Below, piece by piece: positions 38,746 through 47,439 of a stretch of 64,000 bases of DNA (position 1 is its first letter; every line of letters starts with the position of its first letter). Source of the DNA: an uncultured Armatimonadetes bacterium (GTDB lineage Bacteria; Armatimonadota; Hebobacteria; Hebobacterales; Hebobacteraceae). The position numbers and the translations under genes were made by a program. Below the pieces are notes generated by a model. The model was given only the letters and a program-made list of their open reading frames with translations. It was not told the origin of the DNA and made no database searches. The stretch spans positions 3,328,001 through 3,392,000 of the forward strand of contig OY970296.1 in assembly GCA_963716175.1 (NCBI GenBank), in the 5' to 3' direction.

Positions 38746-40089
38746 ATGGCATATAACATCACCCTGCTTGGCGCGGGCAGCAGCTTCTTCACTCCCGGAC
38801 TGATGCGGCTGCTGGCCGGATCGCGAGTGCTGCGGGGCAGCACTGTCACCTTGATGGACATTGACCCACACCGGCTGGAGGTGATGGACAAGCTGTGTCG
38901 GCAGGTCGTGAAGATGGCCGGGGTGGAGCTGGACATCAGGAGCACGACGGATCGGCGGCAGTCCCTGACCGGGGCGGATTTCGTCATCACCTCGATTGCG
39001 GTGGGGGGCTTCGAGGCCTGGGAACACGACATCGAGATCCCGGGCAAGTACGGGATCTACATGACCACCGCTGACTCTATCGGGCCTGGTGGGATGATGC
39101 GCGCGCTCCGGCATATCCCGCCTCTGGTCGAGATGTGCCGGGAGCTGGAGGAAGTCTCGCCGGCGGCCTGGGTCTTCAACTACACCAATCCCGCGACCGC
39201 GAACGCGATGGCGATGAGGAGGTCGAGCCGGCTCAAAAAGGCAGCGGGCAACCGCCGCCCCCCTCGAGTGGTGAGCCTGTGCAGCGGCACCGTGCTGCCC
39301 CGGAAGGGCGGCTGGGGGATGGGCGGCCTGGGGCCGGAGGAGGTGATGCTGCCGGCGCCGGCGGGAGGGCTCAACCACTGCGCGGCAGTGCTCGAACTCA
39401 GGTTCGAGGATGGGCGCAACGCATTGCCCGCGGTGCGGGAACGGATAGATTCGCCCATCGCCCAGTGGGTGCTGGACACCTATGGCGTGCTTCCCTATCC
39501 CGCGAGTCATTGGGCCGAGTTCTTTCCCTCACTCTGCCGGCTGGAGGAGCCGTATCGGGGGCGACTGCAGGGGCTGAAGATGGCCTATGGGCTGCGGGTG
39601 CATGACATGCGCCACGACAGCGACCGGGTCAGGCAGTGGGAGCAATTGGCAGACCAGTGGGCCCGCGGCGAGGAAAGGGAGATCCCGCGTGAACTCGTTC
39701 CCGAATCGGAAGAGCTGGAAGTCGTGGAGATCATCGAGGCCCTGGTCGAGAATCGCAATGGGATCTATGTGGTGAATGTGCCGAACCAAGGAGCAATCCC
39801 GAATCTGCCAGCGGAGGCGGTGGTGGAGGTGTCGGCGGTGGTGGACGGCTACGGCATCCGGCCGGTGCGGGTGGGCCCGCTGCCGGAGCCGCTGGCCGCG
39901 GACTTGAGGCAGCACATCGCGGTGCAGGAGCTGACGGTGGAGGCGGCGCTGACGGGAGATCGCAAGGTAGCCCTGCAGGCATTCCTGACAGACCCACAGG
40001 TGGCGGCGAAGCTGACGCCGGGCGAAGCGGAGAGGTTGCTGGAGGAGATGCTGAAGGCGCACGCCGAGCACTTGCCGCAGTTTGGGTAA
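38746..40089 (+). CDS. Glycoside hydrolase family 4 (NAD+-dependent)
   Basis: GAGS, GADFV, D..GPGG..RALR, NYTNP, LC, GLNH, N..NQGAI.NLP. Confidence 0.88.
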   Translation: MAYNITLLGAGSSFFTPGLMRLLAGSRVLRGSTVTLMDIDPHRLEVMDKLCRQVVKMAGVELDIRSTTDRRQSLTGADFVITSIAVGGFEAWEHDIEIPGKYGIYMTTADSIGPGGMMRALRHIPPLVEMCRELEEVSPAAWVFNYTNPATANAMAMRRSSRLKKAAGNRRPPRVVSLCSGTVLPRKGGWGMGGLGPEEVMLPAPAGGLNHCAAVLELRFEDGRNALPAVRERIDSPIAQWVLDTYGVLPYPASHWAEFFPSLCRLEEPYRGRLQGLKMAYGLRVHDMRHDSDRVRQWEQLADQWARGEEREIPRELVPESEELEVVEIIEALVENRNGIYVVNVPNQGAIPNLPAEAVVEVSAVVDGYGIRPVRVGPLPEPLAADLRQHIAVQELTVEAALTGDRKVALQAFLTDPQVAAKLTPGEAERLLEEMLKAHAEHLPQFG

Positions 40090-40259
40090 GGAGGGACCCG
40101 CCGGAGGCGGGCAAGCCGCCGATGCACGCCGATGAACGGGGATAGGGGGCAGGAGGCAGGTGGCAGGTGGCTAAGCTCGCCCGGGGCGGGCCGCCACCCC
40201 GGGCGCCGGAGGCGAGCTAGGGGCTCCTGCCCAACACACTGAGCATTCCCGCGGTTCGT

Positions 40260-40288
40260 TTGACCCCCCTCCTGCCAGGTGTTAGAAT
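40260..40288 (+). promoter_or_regulatory. Sigma70-type promoter for MNT-HEPN
   Basis: TTGACC-17 bp-TAGAAT with TG extension. Confidence 0.6.
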
Positions 40289-40331
40289 CGCGCTGGAACG
40301 CGGAGGCGCGACGGGAGTGCGGCAAACAGCT

Positions 40332-41045
40332 ATGACCGCGAACCTAAGGACAGTCCTATCGGAGCTGCGAGCGCGGCTGGAGCATGTCTACGGTCCCCGG
40401 CTGCTCAAGCTGGTGCTCTATGGCTCACAGGCGCGCGGCGACGCCGAGGAGGGCTCCGACATTGACGTGCTGGTGGTGCTCGAGGGTCCGGTACGCCCAG
40501 GCCAGGAGATTGCCCGTACAGGACCTGACGTAGCCGGAGTGTCGCTCGCCCACAACGTCGTGATCGCGTGCATGTTCGTGTCTGGGGAGCAATTCGAATC
40601 GGAGCAGAGCCCACTCCTGATTAACGCGTGCCGGGAGGGCGTTCCCGGCATGACCGAGCAGCAGAGCGCTTTGGTCGAGAAAGCAAAGGAGAGCTTGCAG
40701 GCAGCCCGCTTGCTGCACGAGCATGAGCAGTACAGTTTCGCGGCCTCTCGCGCCTACTACACGATGTTCTACTTGGCCGAGGCCATGCTGTTGGGCGACG
40801 GGCTGGCCTTCTCGAAACACAGCGCGGTGCACGCGGCGTTCGGAGAGCGCTATGCCAAGACGGGGCGTGTGCCCACTGGACTGCACCGTTACTTGATAGA
40901 GGGAATGGAGACACGCCACCTGGCCGATTACTCGACGACCCCGGTCGCCGCGGAGGAGGCGGCGCAGCAGATTGCGCGGGCAGAGGAATTCCTGGAGGTG
41001 GTGAGTCACTACTTGGGGTATCCGCAGCACAATGACCAGGCGTGA
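40332..41045 (+). CDS. MNT (minimal nucleotidyltransferase) plus HEPN toxin-antitoxin pair, apparently fused
   Basis: LYGSQARGD....SDID MNT motif; from ATG 40650 a HEPN domain (SRAYY.MF, KH..V...F, R..ADY). Confidence 0.85.
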   Translation: MTANLRTVLSELRARLEHVYGPRLLKLVLYGSQARGDAEEGSDIDVLVVLEGPVRPGQEIARTGPDVAGVSLAHNVVIACMFVSGEQFESEQSPLLINACREGVPGMTEQQSALVEKAKESLQAARLLHEHEQYSFAASRAYYTMFYLAEAMLLGDGLAFSKHSAVHAAFGERYAKTGRVPTGLHRYLIEGMETRHLADYSTTPVAAEEAAQQIARAEEFLEVVSHYLGYPQHNDQA

Positions 41046-42504
41046 TGACAGTGCGGAGGAAAGTCTATTCCCCGAGGCCTGCCCTGAGCGCAGCCGAAGG
41101 GAGCGCAAGGCGGCGCACGAGGCCGAGGGACGGCACGTGCCGCTGGCCGCCCGGATGCGGCCGCGCTCCCTCGAAGAGTTCGTGGGGCAGGAGCAGATAG
41201 TCGCGCCTGGCACCTATCTCCGGCACGCCATCGAGCACGATGAACTGTCCTCCGTGATTCTCTACGGGCCGGCCGGCACTGGCAAGAGCACCCTCGCCCG
41301 CATCATCGCCCGCTACACCAGAGCCCACTTCGAAGGCTACAGCGCGGTCACCTCCGGGGTGGCCGATATCCGCCGGGTCACCGCGCAGGCCGCAGAGCGG
41401 ATGAAGCTGCGGGGCCAGAAGACCATCCTGTTCGTGGACGAGATCCATCGCTTCAACAAGGCCCAGCAGGACGCGTTTCTGCCTTTCGTCGAGGACGGGA
41501 CCATCATCCTGATCGGGTCCACCACCGAGAACCCATACTTCGAGATCAACGCGCCACTGGTCAGCCGCTCGCGCATCTTCGTGTTCGAGCCCTTGACCGA
41601 GGAGCAGATAGGGCTGATTGTGGATCGCGCGCTGGCCGACCCCGAGCGGGGACTGGGGGCAGGTCGCGGACCCGCCCTACGGCTGGCGCCGGAGGGGCGA
41701 GCGCACGTCATCAACCTGGCCAATGGCGATGCGCGGGCGGCACTCAATGCCCTGGAGGCGGCCGCGCTCCAGGCAGAGGAGCAGCAGGGTGGCGACCGGG
41801 TGATCACGCTGGAGATGGTGGAGGACGCGGCGCAGCGGCGAGCCCTGAAGTACGACAAAGAGGGCGACACGCACTATGACGTGATCTCGGCCTACATCAA
41901 GAGCTTGCGCGGTGGAGACCCCGATGCTGCGCTCTACTGGCTGGCGCGCATGATCTCGGCGGGAGAGGACCCGCGGTTCATCGCCCGCCGGCTGATCGTG
42001 CAGGCCGCGGAGGATGTGGGCAACGCGGACCCGATGGCCCTGGTGGTGGCGACGGCGGCGGCGCACGCGGTGGAGTACGTGGGCCTGCCGGAGGCGCAGA
42101 TCCCGCTGGCCCAGGCCACCATCTACGTCGCCACCGCGCCCAAGAGCAATGCCTCCTATCTGGGCATCGCGCGCGCCATGGAGGATGTGCGCAACCGCGT
42201 GGTTCCGCTGGTGCCAAAGCACCTGCGAGACTCCAACTACCCTGGGGCGGCCAGGTTCGGCCATGGCGAGGGCTATCAGTATCCGCACGACTTCCCGGGA
42301 CACTTCGTGCCGCAGGAATATCTGCCCGAGGGCACCAGGTCGCGGGCCTATTACGAGCCGGGTGAGCTGGGCTATGAGAAGCGAATCGGGGAGCGGATGC
42401 GGGAGTGGGAGCGGCGGCGCAGAGAAGCGGTGAGCCCAGAGGAGGGGCGCGAGTCCGCGGAGGACGGCGGGCATGGGCAGGCCCGCCCTAGAGATGAAGC
42501 CTGA
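41032..42504 (+). CDS. rarA: Replication-associated recombination protein A
   Basis: PLAARMRP, GQ, GPAGTGKS, DEIHRFNKAQQD, TTENP, SAYIKSLRG.DPDA, EDVGNADP, Y.YPHD. Confidence 0.95.
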   Translation: MTRRDDSAEESLFPEACPERSRRERKAAHEAEGRHVPLAARMRPRSLEEFVGQEQIVAPGTYLRHAIEHDELSSVILYGPAGTGKSTLARIIARYTRAHFEGYSAVTSGVADIRRVTAQAAERMKLRGQKTILFVDEIHRFNKAQQDAFLPFVEDGTIILIGSTTENPYFEINAPLVSRSRIFVFEPLTEEQIGLIVDRALADPERGLGAGRGPALRLAPEGRAHVINLANGDARAALNALEAAALQAEEQQGGDRVITLEMVEDAAQRRALKYDKEGDTHYDVISAYIKSLRGGDPDAALYWLARMISAGEDPRFIARRLIVQAAEDVGNADPMALVVATAAAHAVEYVGLPEAQIPLAQATIYVATAPKSNASYLGIARAMEDVRNRVVPLVPKHLRDSNYPGAARFGHGEGYQYPHDFPGHFVPQEYLPEGTRSRAYYEPGELGYEKRIGERMREWERRRREAVSPEEGRESAEDGGHGQARPRDEA

Positions 42505-43609
42505 GCGCATCGCCGTCGCCATGAGCGGCGGGGTGGACAGCTCGGTGGCGGCGGCGCTGCTGGTGGCGCAGGGCTGCGAAGTGGTGGGCCTTACCATGCA
42601 GATCTGGCCGCGGGAGGAGCGGGCCGAGGTTTGCCCCGGCATACGGTCTCCTCGGCTGGGCTCAGGCCAGGCCTGCTGCGGGTTGGACGCGGTGCAGGAC
42701 GCGCGCCGGGTGGCCCGGGCGCTGGGCATCCGGCACTATGTGCTCAACTTGCGGGAGGCCTTTCAGCGGCAGGTGATTGATGTCTTCTGCGACGAGTACC
42801 TGCGGGGCCGGACGCCTAACCCCTGCATTCTCTGCAACACCTATGTCAAGTTTGGTGATCTGCTGCGGCGCGCCCGCGAGATCGGCGCCGAACGGCTGGC
42901 CACCGGCCACTATGCGCGCGTGGGCTGGGATGAGAGCAGGCAGCGGTGGGTGATCCGGCGCGCCGTTGACAGGGCCAAAGACCAATCCTATACTCTCTTC
43001 GACCTGCGGCAGGAGCAGCTCGCGAGGGCGCTTTTCCCGGTCGGGGACATGACCAAATCGGAGACGCGCGCCGAGGCGGCGCGGCTCGGCCTGTCAGTGT
43101 CGCACAAACCCGAAAGCCAGCAGATCTGCTTTGTATCCGGCCGCAGCTATGCGGAGTACCTGAAGCAGCAGCGCCCAGGGGCCGCCAGGCCGGGGCCGAT
43201 CGTGGACCGGGAGGGGCGGCAGATAGGAAGACACCAGGGGGTGATCTTCTATACTGTGGGGCAGCGACACGGGCTTCGGGTGGCGGGGGGAACTCCGTGG
43301 TACGTGACCGGGATTGATGCTGAGGCGAACCGGGTGATCGTGGGCGGGGAAGAGGAGCTGCGGGCGCGGGGGTTGTGGATGCGGCCGGTGAACTACGTGG
43401 CGCTGCCTGAGCTCCCCCAGGAGGGCGCGAAGCTACAGGTCAAGATCCGCTACGGCGCGCCGCCGGTGGCCTGCCGGGCCTGGGCGGAGGACGGGGGTGT
43501 GGCGCTGCGGTTCTGGCGGCGGCAGCGGGCGGTAGCGCCAGGACAGGCCGCGGTGTGCTATGATAGAGATGCCGTCGCCTTCGGCGGACTGATCGAGTCC
43601 GCCAGGTGA
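42494..43609 (+). CDS. mnmA: tRNA 2-thiouridine(34) synthase
   Basis: AMSGGVDSS, TPNPC..CN..VKF, ATGHY, KDQSY, ESQQICF, YTVGQR, APGQA. Confidence 0.95.
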   Translation: MKPERIAVAMSGGVDSSVAAALLVAQGCEVVGLTMQIWPREERAEVCPGIRSPRLGSGQACCGLDAVQDARRVARALGIRHYVLNLREAFQRQVIDVFCDEYLRGRTPNPCILCNTYVKFGDLLRRAREIGAERLATGHYARVGWDESRQRWVIRRAVDRAKDQSYTLFDLRQEQLARALFPVGDMTKSETRAEAARLGLSVSHKPESQQICFVSGRSYAEYLKQQRPGAARPGPIVDREGRQIGRHQGVIFYTVGQRHGLRVAGGTPWYVTGIDAEANRVIVGGEEELRARGLWMRPVNYVALPELPQEGAKLQVKIRYGAPPVACRAWAEDGGVALRFWRRQRAVAPGQAAVCYDRDAVAFGGLIESAR

Positions 43610-43621
43610 GAGAGTGAGGTC

Positions 43622-44032
43622 ATGTCAGAGATCGCAGCCATAGCGGTTACCATTGCGGCGCTGGCCGTGCTGGCGTTAGTGATCCGGGTCTTCCTGCTCG
43701 CAAGGCGGGTGCAGAAGGTGTGGGAACGGCTGGATCGGACCATCGAGTCCGAGTTGACGCCGGGTATCCGGGCCTGGGGGGACGCCGGACGAGGTGTTCA
43801 GCAGGCGGCCGGGAAGCTCGCCAACGGGCTCTCCGTGCTCACCAGGGTGATCGAGCGGGCCGACCGGGTGAGCGAGAAGCTGGACTCGGGAGTGCTGCTG
43901 GCGCCGGTGTTGACCCGGGTGAGCTCCTGGCTGGCGGGGGTGCGGAGGGGACTGCAGGTGCACCAGCACAAGGGATCCGGCCGCGGGCGGGGTGGACATC
44001 CTGCGGAGGAGGAAGGAGAGCCAGGTGACTGA
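43622..44032 (+). CDS. Membrane-anchored coiled-coil protein (DUF948-like)
   Basis: N-terminal TM helix followed by amphipathic helices; directly upstream of the anti-sigma operon. Confidence 0.6.
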   Translation: MSEIAAIAVTIAALAVLALVIRVFLLARRVQKVWERLDRTIESELTPGIRAWGDAGRGVQQAAGKLANGLSVLTRVIERADRVSEKLDSGVLLAPVLTRVSSWLAGVRRGLQVHQHKGSGRGRGGHPAEEEGEPGD

Positions 44033-44033
44033 C

Positions 44034-44387
44034 ATGGCAACCCCACTCAAGATCGAGTCCCGCCCGGCGGGAGAGGGCGCGGTGGTGCTGGCGCTGATCG
44101 GCGAAGTGGATGTGTCCAACACCGCGCAGGTGAGAGAAGCCGCTTTGAAGCTGCTCTCTGATGGCGTGACGAAGCTGGTGATTGACCTGACCGCGACTGA
44201 GTACATGGACAGCGCGGGGCTGGGTATGCTGGTCGGGCTGCAGAAGCGGATGAAGGAGTCAGGCGGGCGGATGGCAATCGCGGGAGCGGGGCCTCGTGTG
44301 GAGAGATTGTTTGCCATCACCGGCCTCAACCAAATCTTCGCGCTGTACGGCGAGGTGGCGGCAGCGCTGAAGGAGGTGGGCGGATGA
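44034..44387 (+). CDS. Anti-sigma factor antagonist (STAS, RsbV/SpoIIAA-like)
   Basis: L.GEVD, IDL....YMDSAGLG.L phospho-Ser motif, F.ITGL. Confidence 0.92.
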   Translation: MATPLKIESRPAGEGAVVLALIGEVDVSNTAQVREAALKLLSDGVTKLVIDLTATEYMDSAGLGMLVGLQKRMKESGGRMAIAGAGPRVERLFAITGLNQIFALYGEVAAALKEVGG

Positions 44388-44824
44388 AAGCGGTGGTGCC
44401 GTCCCAGGTGGAGCTTCGCATCCCGCGGAGCTGCGAGTTTGTCCGGGTGGCGCGCAAGACCGCGGCCGCGTTAGCACACCAGCTCGATTTCACCATCCAC
44501 GACGTGGCCGATATCGAGCTGGCGGTGAGCGAGGCCTGCACCAACGCGGTGGAGCACGTGGCGTCGGAGGAGTGCAGGGAGATCCTGGTCCGGTTCTCGG
44601 TGACCCTGGAGGAACTGGTGGTGGAGGTGGTTGACCAGGGGCCGGGGTTCGACCCCGCCCAGCCGGCGGCCGCGGAGGAGGATGGGGAGGGGTATGGGGG
44701 CCTGGGCCTGCTGGTGATCCGCGCGCTGATGGATAAGCTCGACGTCAAGTGCGATGCGGAGACCGGCACCTGTGTGCGGATGGCGAAGTACCGACGGGAC
44801 GCGGGCGGAGCCCGCGGCGACTGA
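44384..44824 (+). CDS. Anti-sigma factor Ser kinase (RsbW-like)
   Basis: DIELAVSEACTNAVEH, D.G.GFD, GGLGL..I..LMD. Confidence 0.92.
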   Translation: MKAVVPSQVELRIPRSCEFVRVARKTAAALAHQLDFTIHDVADIELAVSEACTNAVEHVASEECREILVRFSVTLEELVVEVVDQGPGFDPAQPAAAEEDGEGYGGLGLLVIRALMDKLDVKCDAETGTCVRMAKYRRDAGGARGD

Positions 44825-44873
44825 GCCTGCAGTGGGCTGCAAGCGGGAGTTTGGCTCTCGCAGGAGGCGGTAA

Positions 44874-45707
44874 GTGGAGGCGCGGGAGGCAAGAACAGAG
44901 CGGCCCGCGGAGGGTGAGGGGACTGAGCCGAAGGTGGCGCTGCCGCGGAGCGGGAGAGCGGATGCCGCTACGCCGGAGCTGTTCGCCGAGTTTCAGCAGA
45001 CCCGCGATCCCAAGGTGCGGGAGAAGCTGATTCTGGCACACATGAACCTGGTGCGCTACCTGGCGCGCAAGTTCGCCAACCGGGGGGAGCCGCTGGAGGA
45101 CCTGATCCAGGTGGGGATGATCGGGCTGATCAACGCCATTGATCGCTTCGAACCCGAGCGAGGGATTCGTTTCGCCACCTATGCCACCCCCACCGTCGTG
45201 GGCGAGATCAGGCGTTACTTCCGCGACCGGGGCTGGGCGATGAAGGTGCCGCGGCGGCTGCAGGAGCTGAGCCTGGCAACTACCAAGGCGGCAGACGAGC
45301 TGACCCAGGAGCTGAACCGCGCTCCGACCGTCAGCGAGATCGCAGCCAAGCTGCAGGTGAGCGAGGAGGAAGCACTGGAGGCGGTGGAACTGGGCGACCT
45401 CTACCAGCTTCCGTCCCTGGACACCGCGCTGACGGAGGATGACGAGGAGTCGCACGCGGTGTTGGCAGATTACGTGGGCGAGCTGGACGTAGAGATGGAG
45501 CGGTTCGAGCGGCGAAGCCGGCTTGCTCAGGCGGTGAACTCCCTGCCGCCGCGAGAGAGGACGATCATCGAGCTGCGGTTCTTCCGCAATCTCTCGCAGA
45601 CGGAAGTGGCGCGGCGCATGAAGATCTCGCAGATGCACGTATCGCGGCTGCAGCACCGCGCGATCGAGCGGCTCCGGGAGCTGGTGAAGGAACAGGAGAA
45701 CGTGTAG
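44874..45707 (+). CDS. SigB/SigF/SigG-family RNA polymerase sigma factor
   Basis: EDLIQVG.IGL..AIDRF, F.TYATPT..GEIRRYFRD, SQ.EVA....ISQMHVSRL. Confidence 0.93.
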   Translation: MEAREARTERPAEGEGTEPKVALPRSGRADAATPELFAEFQQTRDPKVREKLILAHMNLVRYLARKFANRGEPLEDLIQVGMIGLINAIDRFEPERGIRFATYATPTVVGEIRRYFRDRGWAMKVPRRLQELSLATTKAADELTQELNRAPTVSEIAAKLQVSEEEALEAVELGDLYQLPSLDTALTEDDEESHAVLADYVGELDVEMERFERRSRLAQAVNSLPPRERTIIELRFFRNLSQTEVARRMKISQMHVSRLQHRAIERLRELVKEQENV

Positions 45708-45863
45708 GCCGGAATCTCGGATCTGAGATCCTGGATTCGAGATGAACGGCAGGTTCGCCGGGCCAGGGGACTGGCTCCGCCGGACGTGGCATATTGGGGG
45801 AAACAGGGCAGGAGAGATGCTCCTGCCTTACCTGTCTGTTATCCAGGTTCGCGGAGGGAAGGC

Positions 45864-47063
45864 TTGGATCTGCCAGCCGCGCTGGCGGCGCTGATCGTGG
45901 TGGCGGTGGTTTCCTACGTGGTCACCATCATCCACGCGGCTACCACGCGGGCGCTGGCCAGGCGGGGCGAGGGCGGCAGGCCCGAGGAGGGCCTGCTGGT
46001 GTGGCCCAGGTGGCTGACCGGGCTGGTGGCGGGTCTGCTGGTGGTGTGGCTGCTCTACCGCGTGCGCGCCATCCTGCTGCCGTTCGTGGTGGGAGCGATT
46101 GTCGCCTACCTGCTCAATCCTGCCATTGACCGGCTGGAGCGTAGGCGCTGGCCTCGCACCCACGCCATCGGGCTGGTGTTCGGGGTCTTCCTGCTGATCT
46201 TCGTCATCGCCATCCTGCTGGTGGTGCCGGCGGTGGCCTCGCAGGCGCAGGACTTGAGCAGCGGCTACAGCGCTTACGCCAAGGACGCGCGGGACCTGGT
46301 GGCGCGGGCGCGGGAGAAGGCCGAGCTCTGGGGCCAGGTGCTGGGGCTGGTCCCGAACCAGACACGGGAGGCCTTCGAGAACGTGGGGGCAAGGGCCCAA
46401 AGCTACGCGCTCAGCCTGCTCAATGAAGCCCTGGGTATGGTGAACCGCTCCCTGGTAATCGTGTCTCTGCTCATCATCTCCCCGGTGGTGGCGTTCTGGC
46501 TGCTGCGAGACTACCACGACCTGGGCCGGCGGGTGCTGCGGGTGCTGCCGGAGCGACAGCGGGAGCCCGCGCTGGTGATCCTGAGAGACATCAACCAGGT
46601 CGCTGGCGGCTATCTGCTGGGCATGGCGATGATGGCCCTGATCGTGGCCATCTACGCGGTGGTGGTGCTGACCATCGCCGGGGTCCCCTTCTCGGTGCTG
46701 CTGGGTGTGATGACAGGGGTGCTCTATATCATTCCCTATGTGGGATATCCCACCGCGGTGGTGGTCGTGGGCCTGACCATGCTGGTGACGGACAGGAACC
46801 TGGGGTTCATCTTGATCGTGCTGGCGATCCTGGTGGCGGGGAACGTGATCTCGGACTATGGCCTCTATCCGCGGGTAGTGGGGAGACGGGTGGGGGTGCA
46901 TCCACTGGTGGTGATCTTCGCCCTCCTCGCGGGGGGAGCGCTGTTCGGGTTCATCGGCGTGGTGCTAGCGGTGCCGGTGGCCGGGGCCATCAATGTCGTC
47001 GCTCAGCATTTCTGGCCGGAGCTCTACGAGCCTGAGCCGGCGGGCGCGCCCGGCAGCTCTTGA
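45864..47063 (+). CDS. AI-2E family transporter
   Basis: PF.....AYLLNP, multiple TM helices, IPYVG, P.VVG...G.HP......LAGG.LFG..G..LAVP. Confidence 0.9.
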   Translation: MDLPAALAALIVVAVVSYVVTIIHAATTRALARRGEGGRPEEGLLVWPRWLTGLVAGLLVVWLLYRVRAILLPFVVGAIVAYLLNPAIDRLERRRWPRTHAIGLVFGVFLLIFVIAILLVVPAVASQAQDLSSGYSAYAKDARDLVARAREKAELWGQVLGLVPNQTREAFENVGARAQSYALSLLNEALGMVNRSLVIVSLLIISPVVAFWLLRDYHDLGRRVLRVLPERQREPALVILRDINQVAGGYLLGMAMMALIVAIYAVVVLTIAGVPFSVLLGVMTGVLYIIPYVGYPTAVVVVGLTMLVTDRNLGFILIVLAILVAGNVISDYGLYPRVVGRRVGVHPLVVIFALLAGGALFGFIGVVLAVPVAGAINVVAQHFWPELYEPEPAGAPGSS

Positions 47064-47088
47064 CAGGTAGGATCGTCTATGGCGTAAT
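47060..47088 (+). promoter_or_regulatory. Sigma70-type promoter of the aspS T-box leader
   Basis: TTGACA-17 bp-CGTAAT. Confidence 0.6.
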
Positions 47089-47110
47089 GCCAGAGAGAAT
47101 CTGGGATGGC

Positions 47111-47405
47111 AAAAGACCGGGAAGGGGAGGAGTAGGCGCCTGCCTGGGGCACAGAGAGCTGGGAGGAGGTGAGAGCCCAGCGCCTAGTGGCGCTGAAGGA
47201 CACCCCGGAGTCGCGGGCTGAAATCCGCAGCAGGAGAGACGGAGACTAGGCCTGGCCGGAACCCCTCCGTTATCGGGGGATGGCATGGGGTGAGAGCCCC
47301 GTGCCGGAAAGAGCGGGAGCGCAGCCGCGCTCCAAGCGGGGTGGCACCGCGAACGGCCTTTGGCCCTTCGTCCCCAAGTGGGAGACGAAGGGCTTTCGTC
47401 ATTTC
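47111..47405 (+). ncRNA. T-box riboswitch, Asp (GAC) specifier
   Basis: AGTA, AGAGAG and GGTG stem I motifs; GAA-G-GAC-A specifier loop (GAC at 47199-47201); CCGTTA; T-box AAGCGGGGTGGCACCGCG at 47334-47351; terminator GCCCTTCGTC...GACGAAGGGC-TTT. Confidence 0.92.
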
Positions 47406-47439
47406 ACGGCGGCTGACAGAACCGAAAGGAGGGAACATC

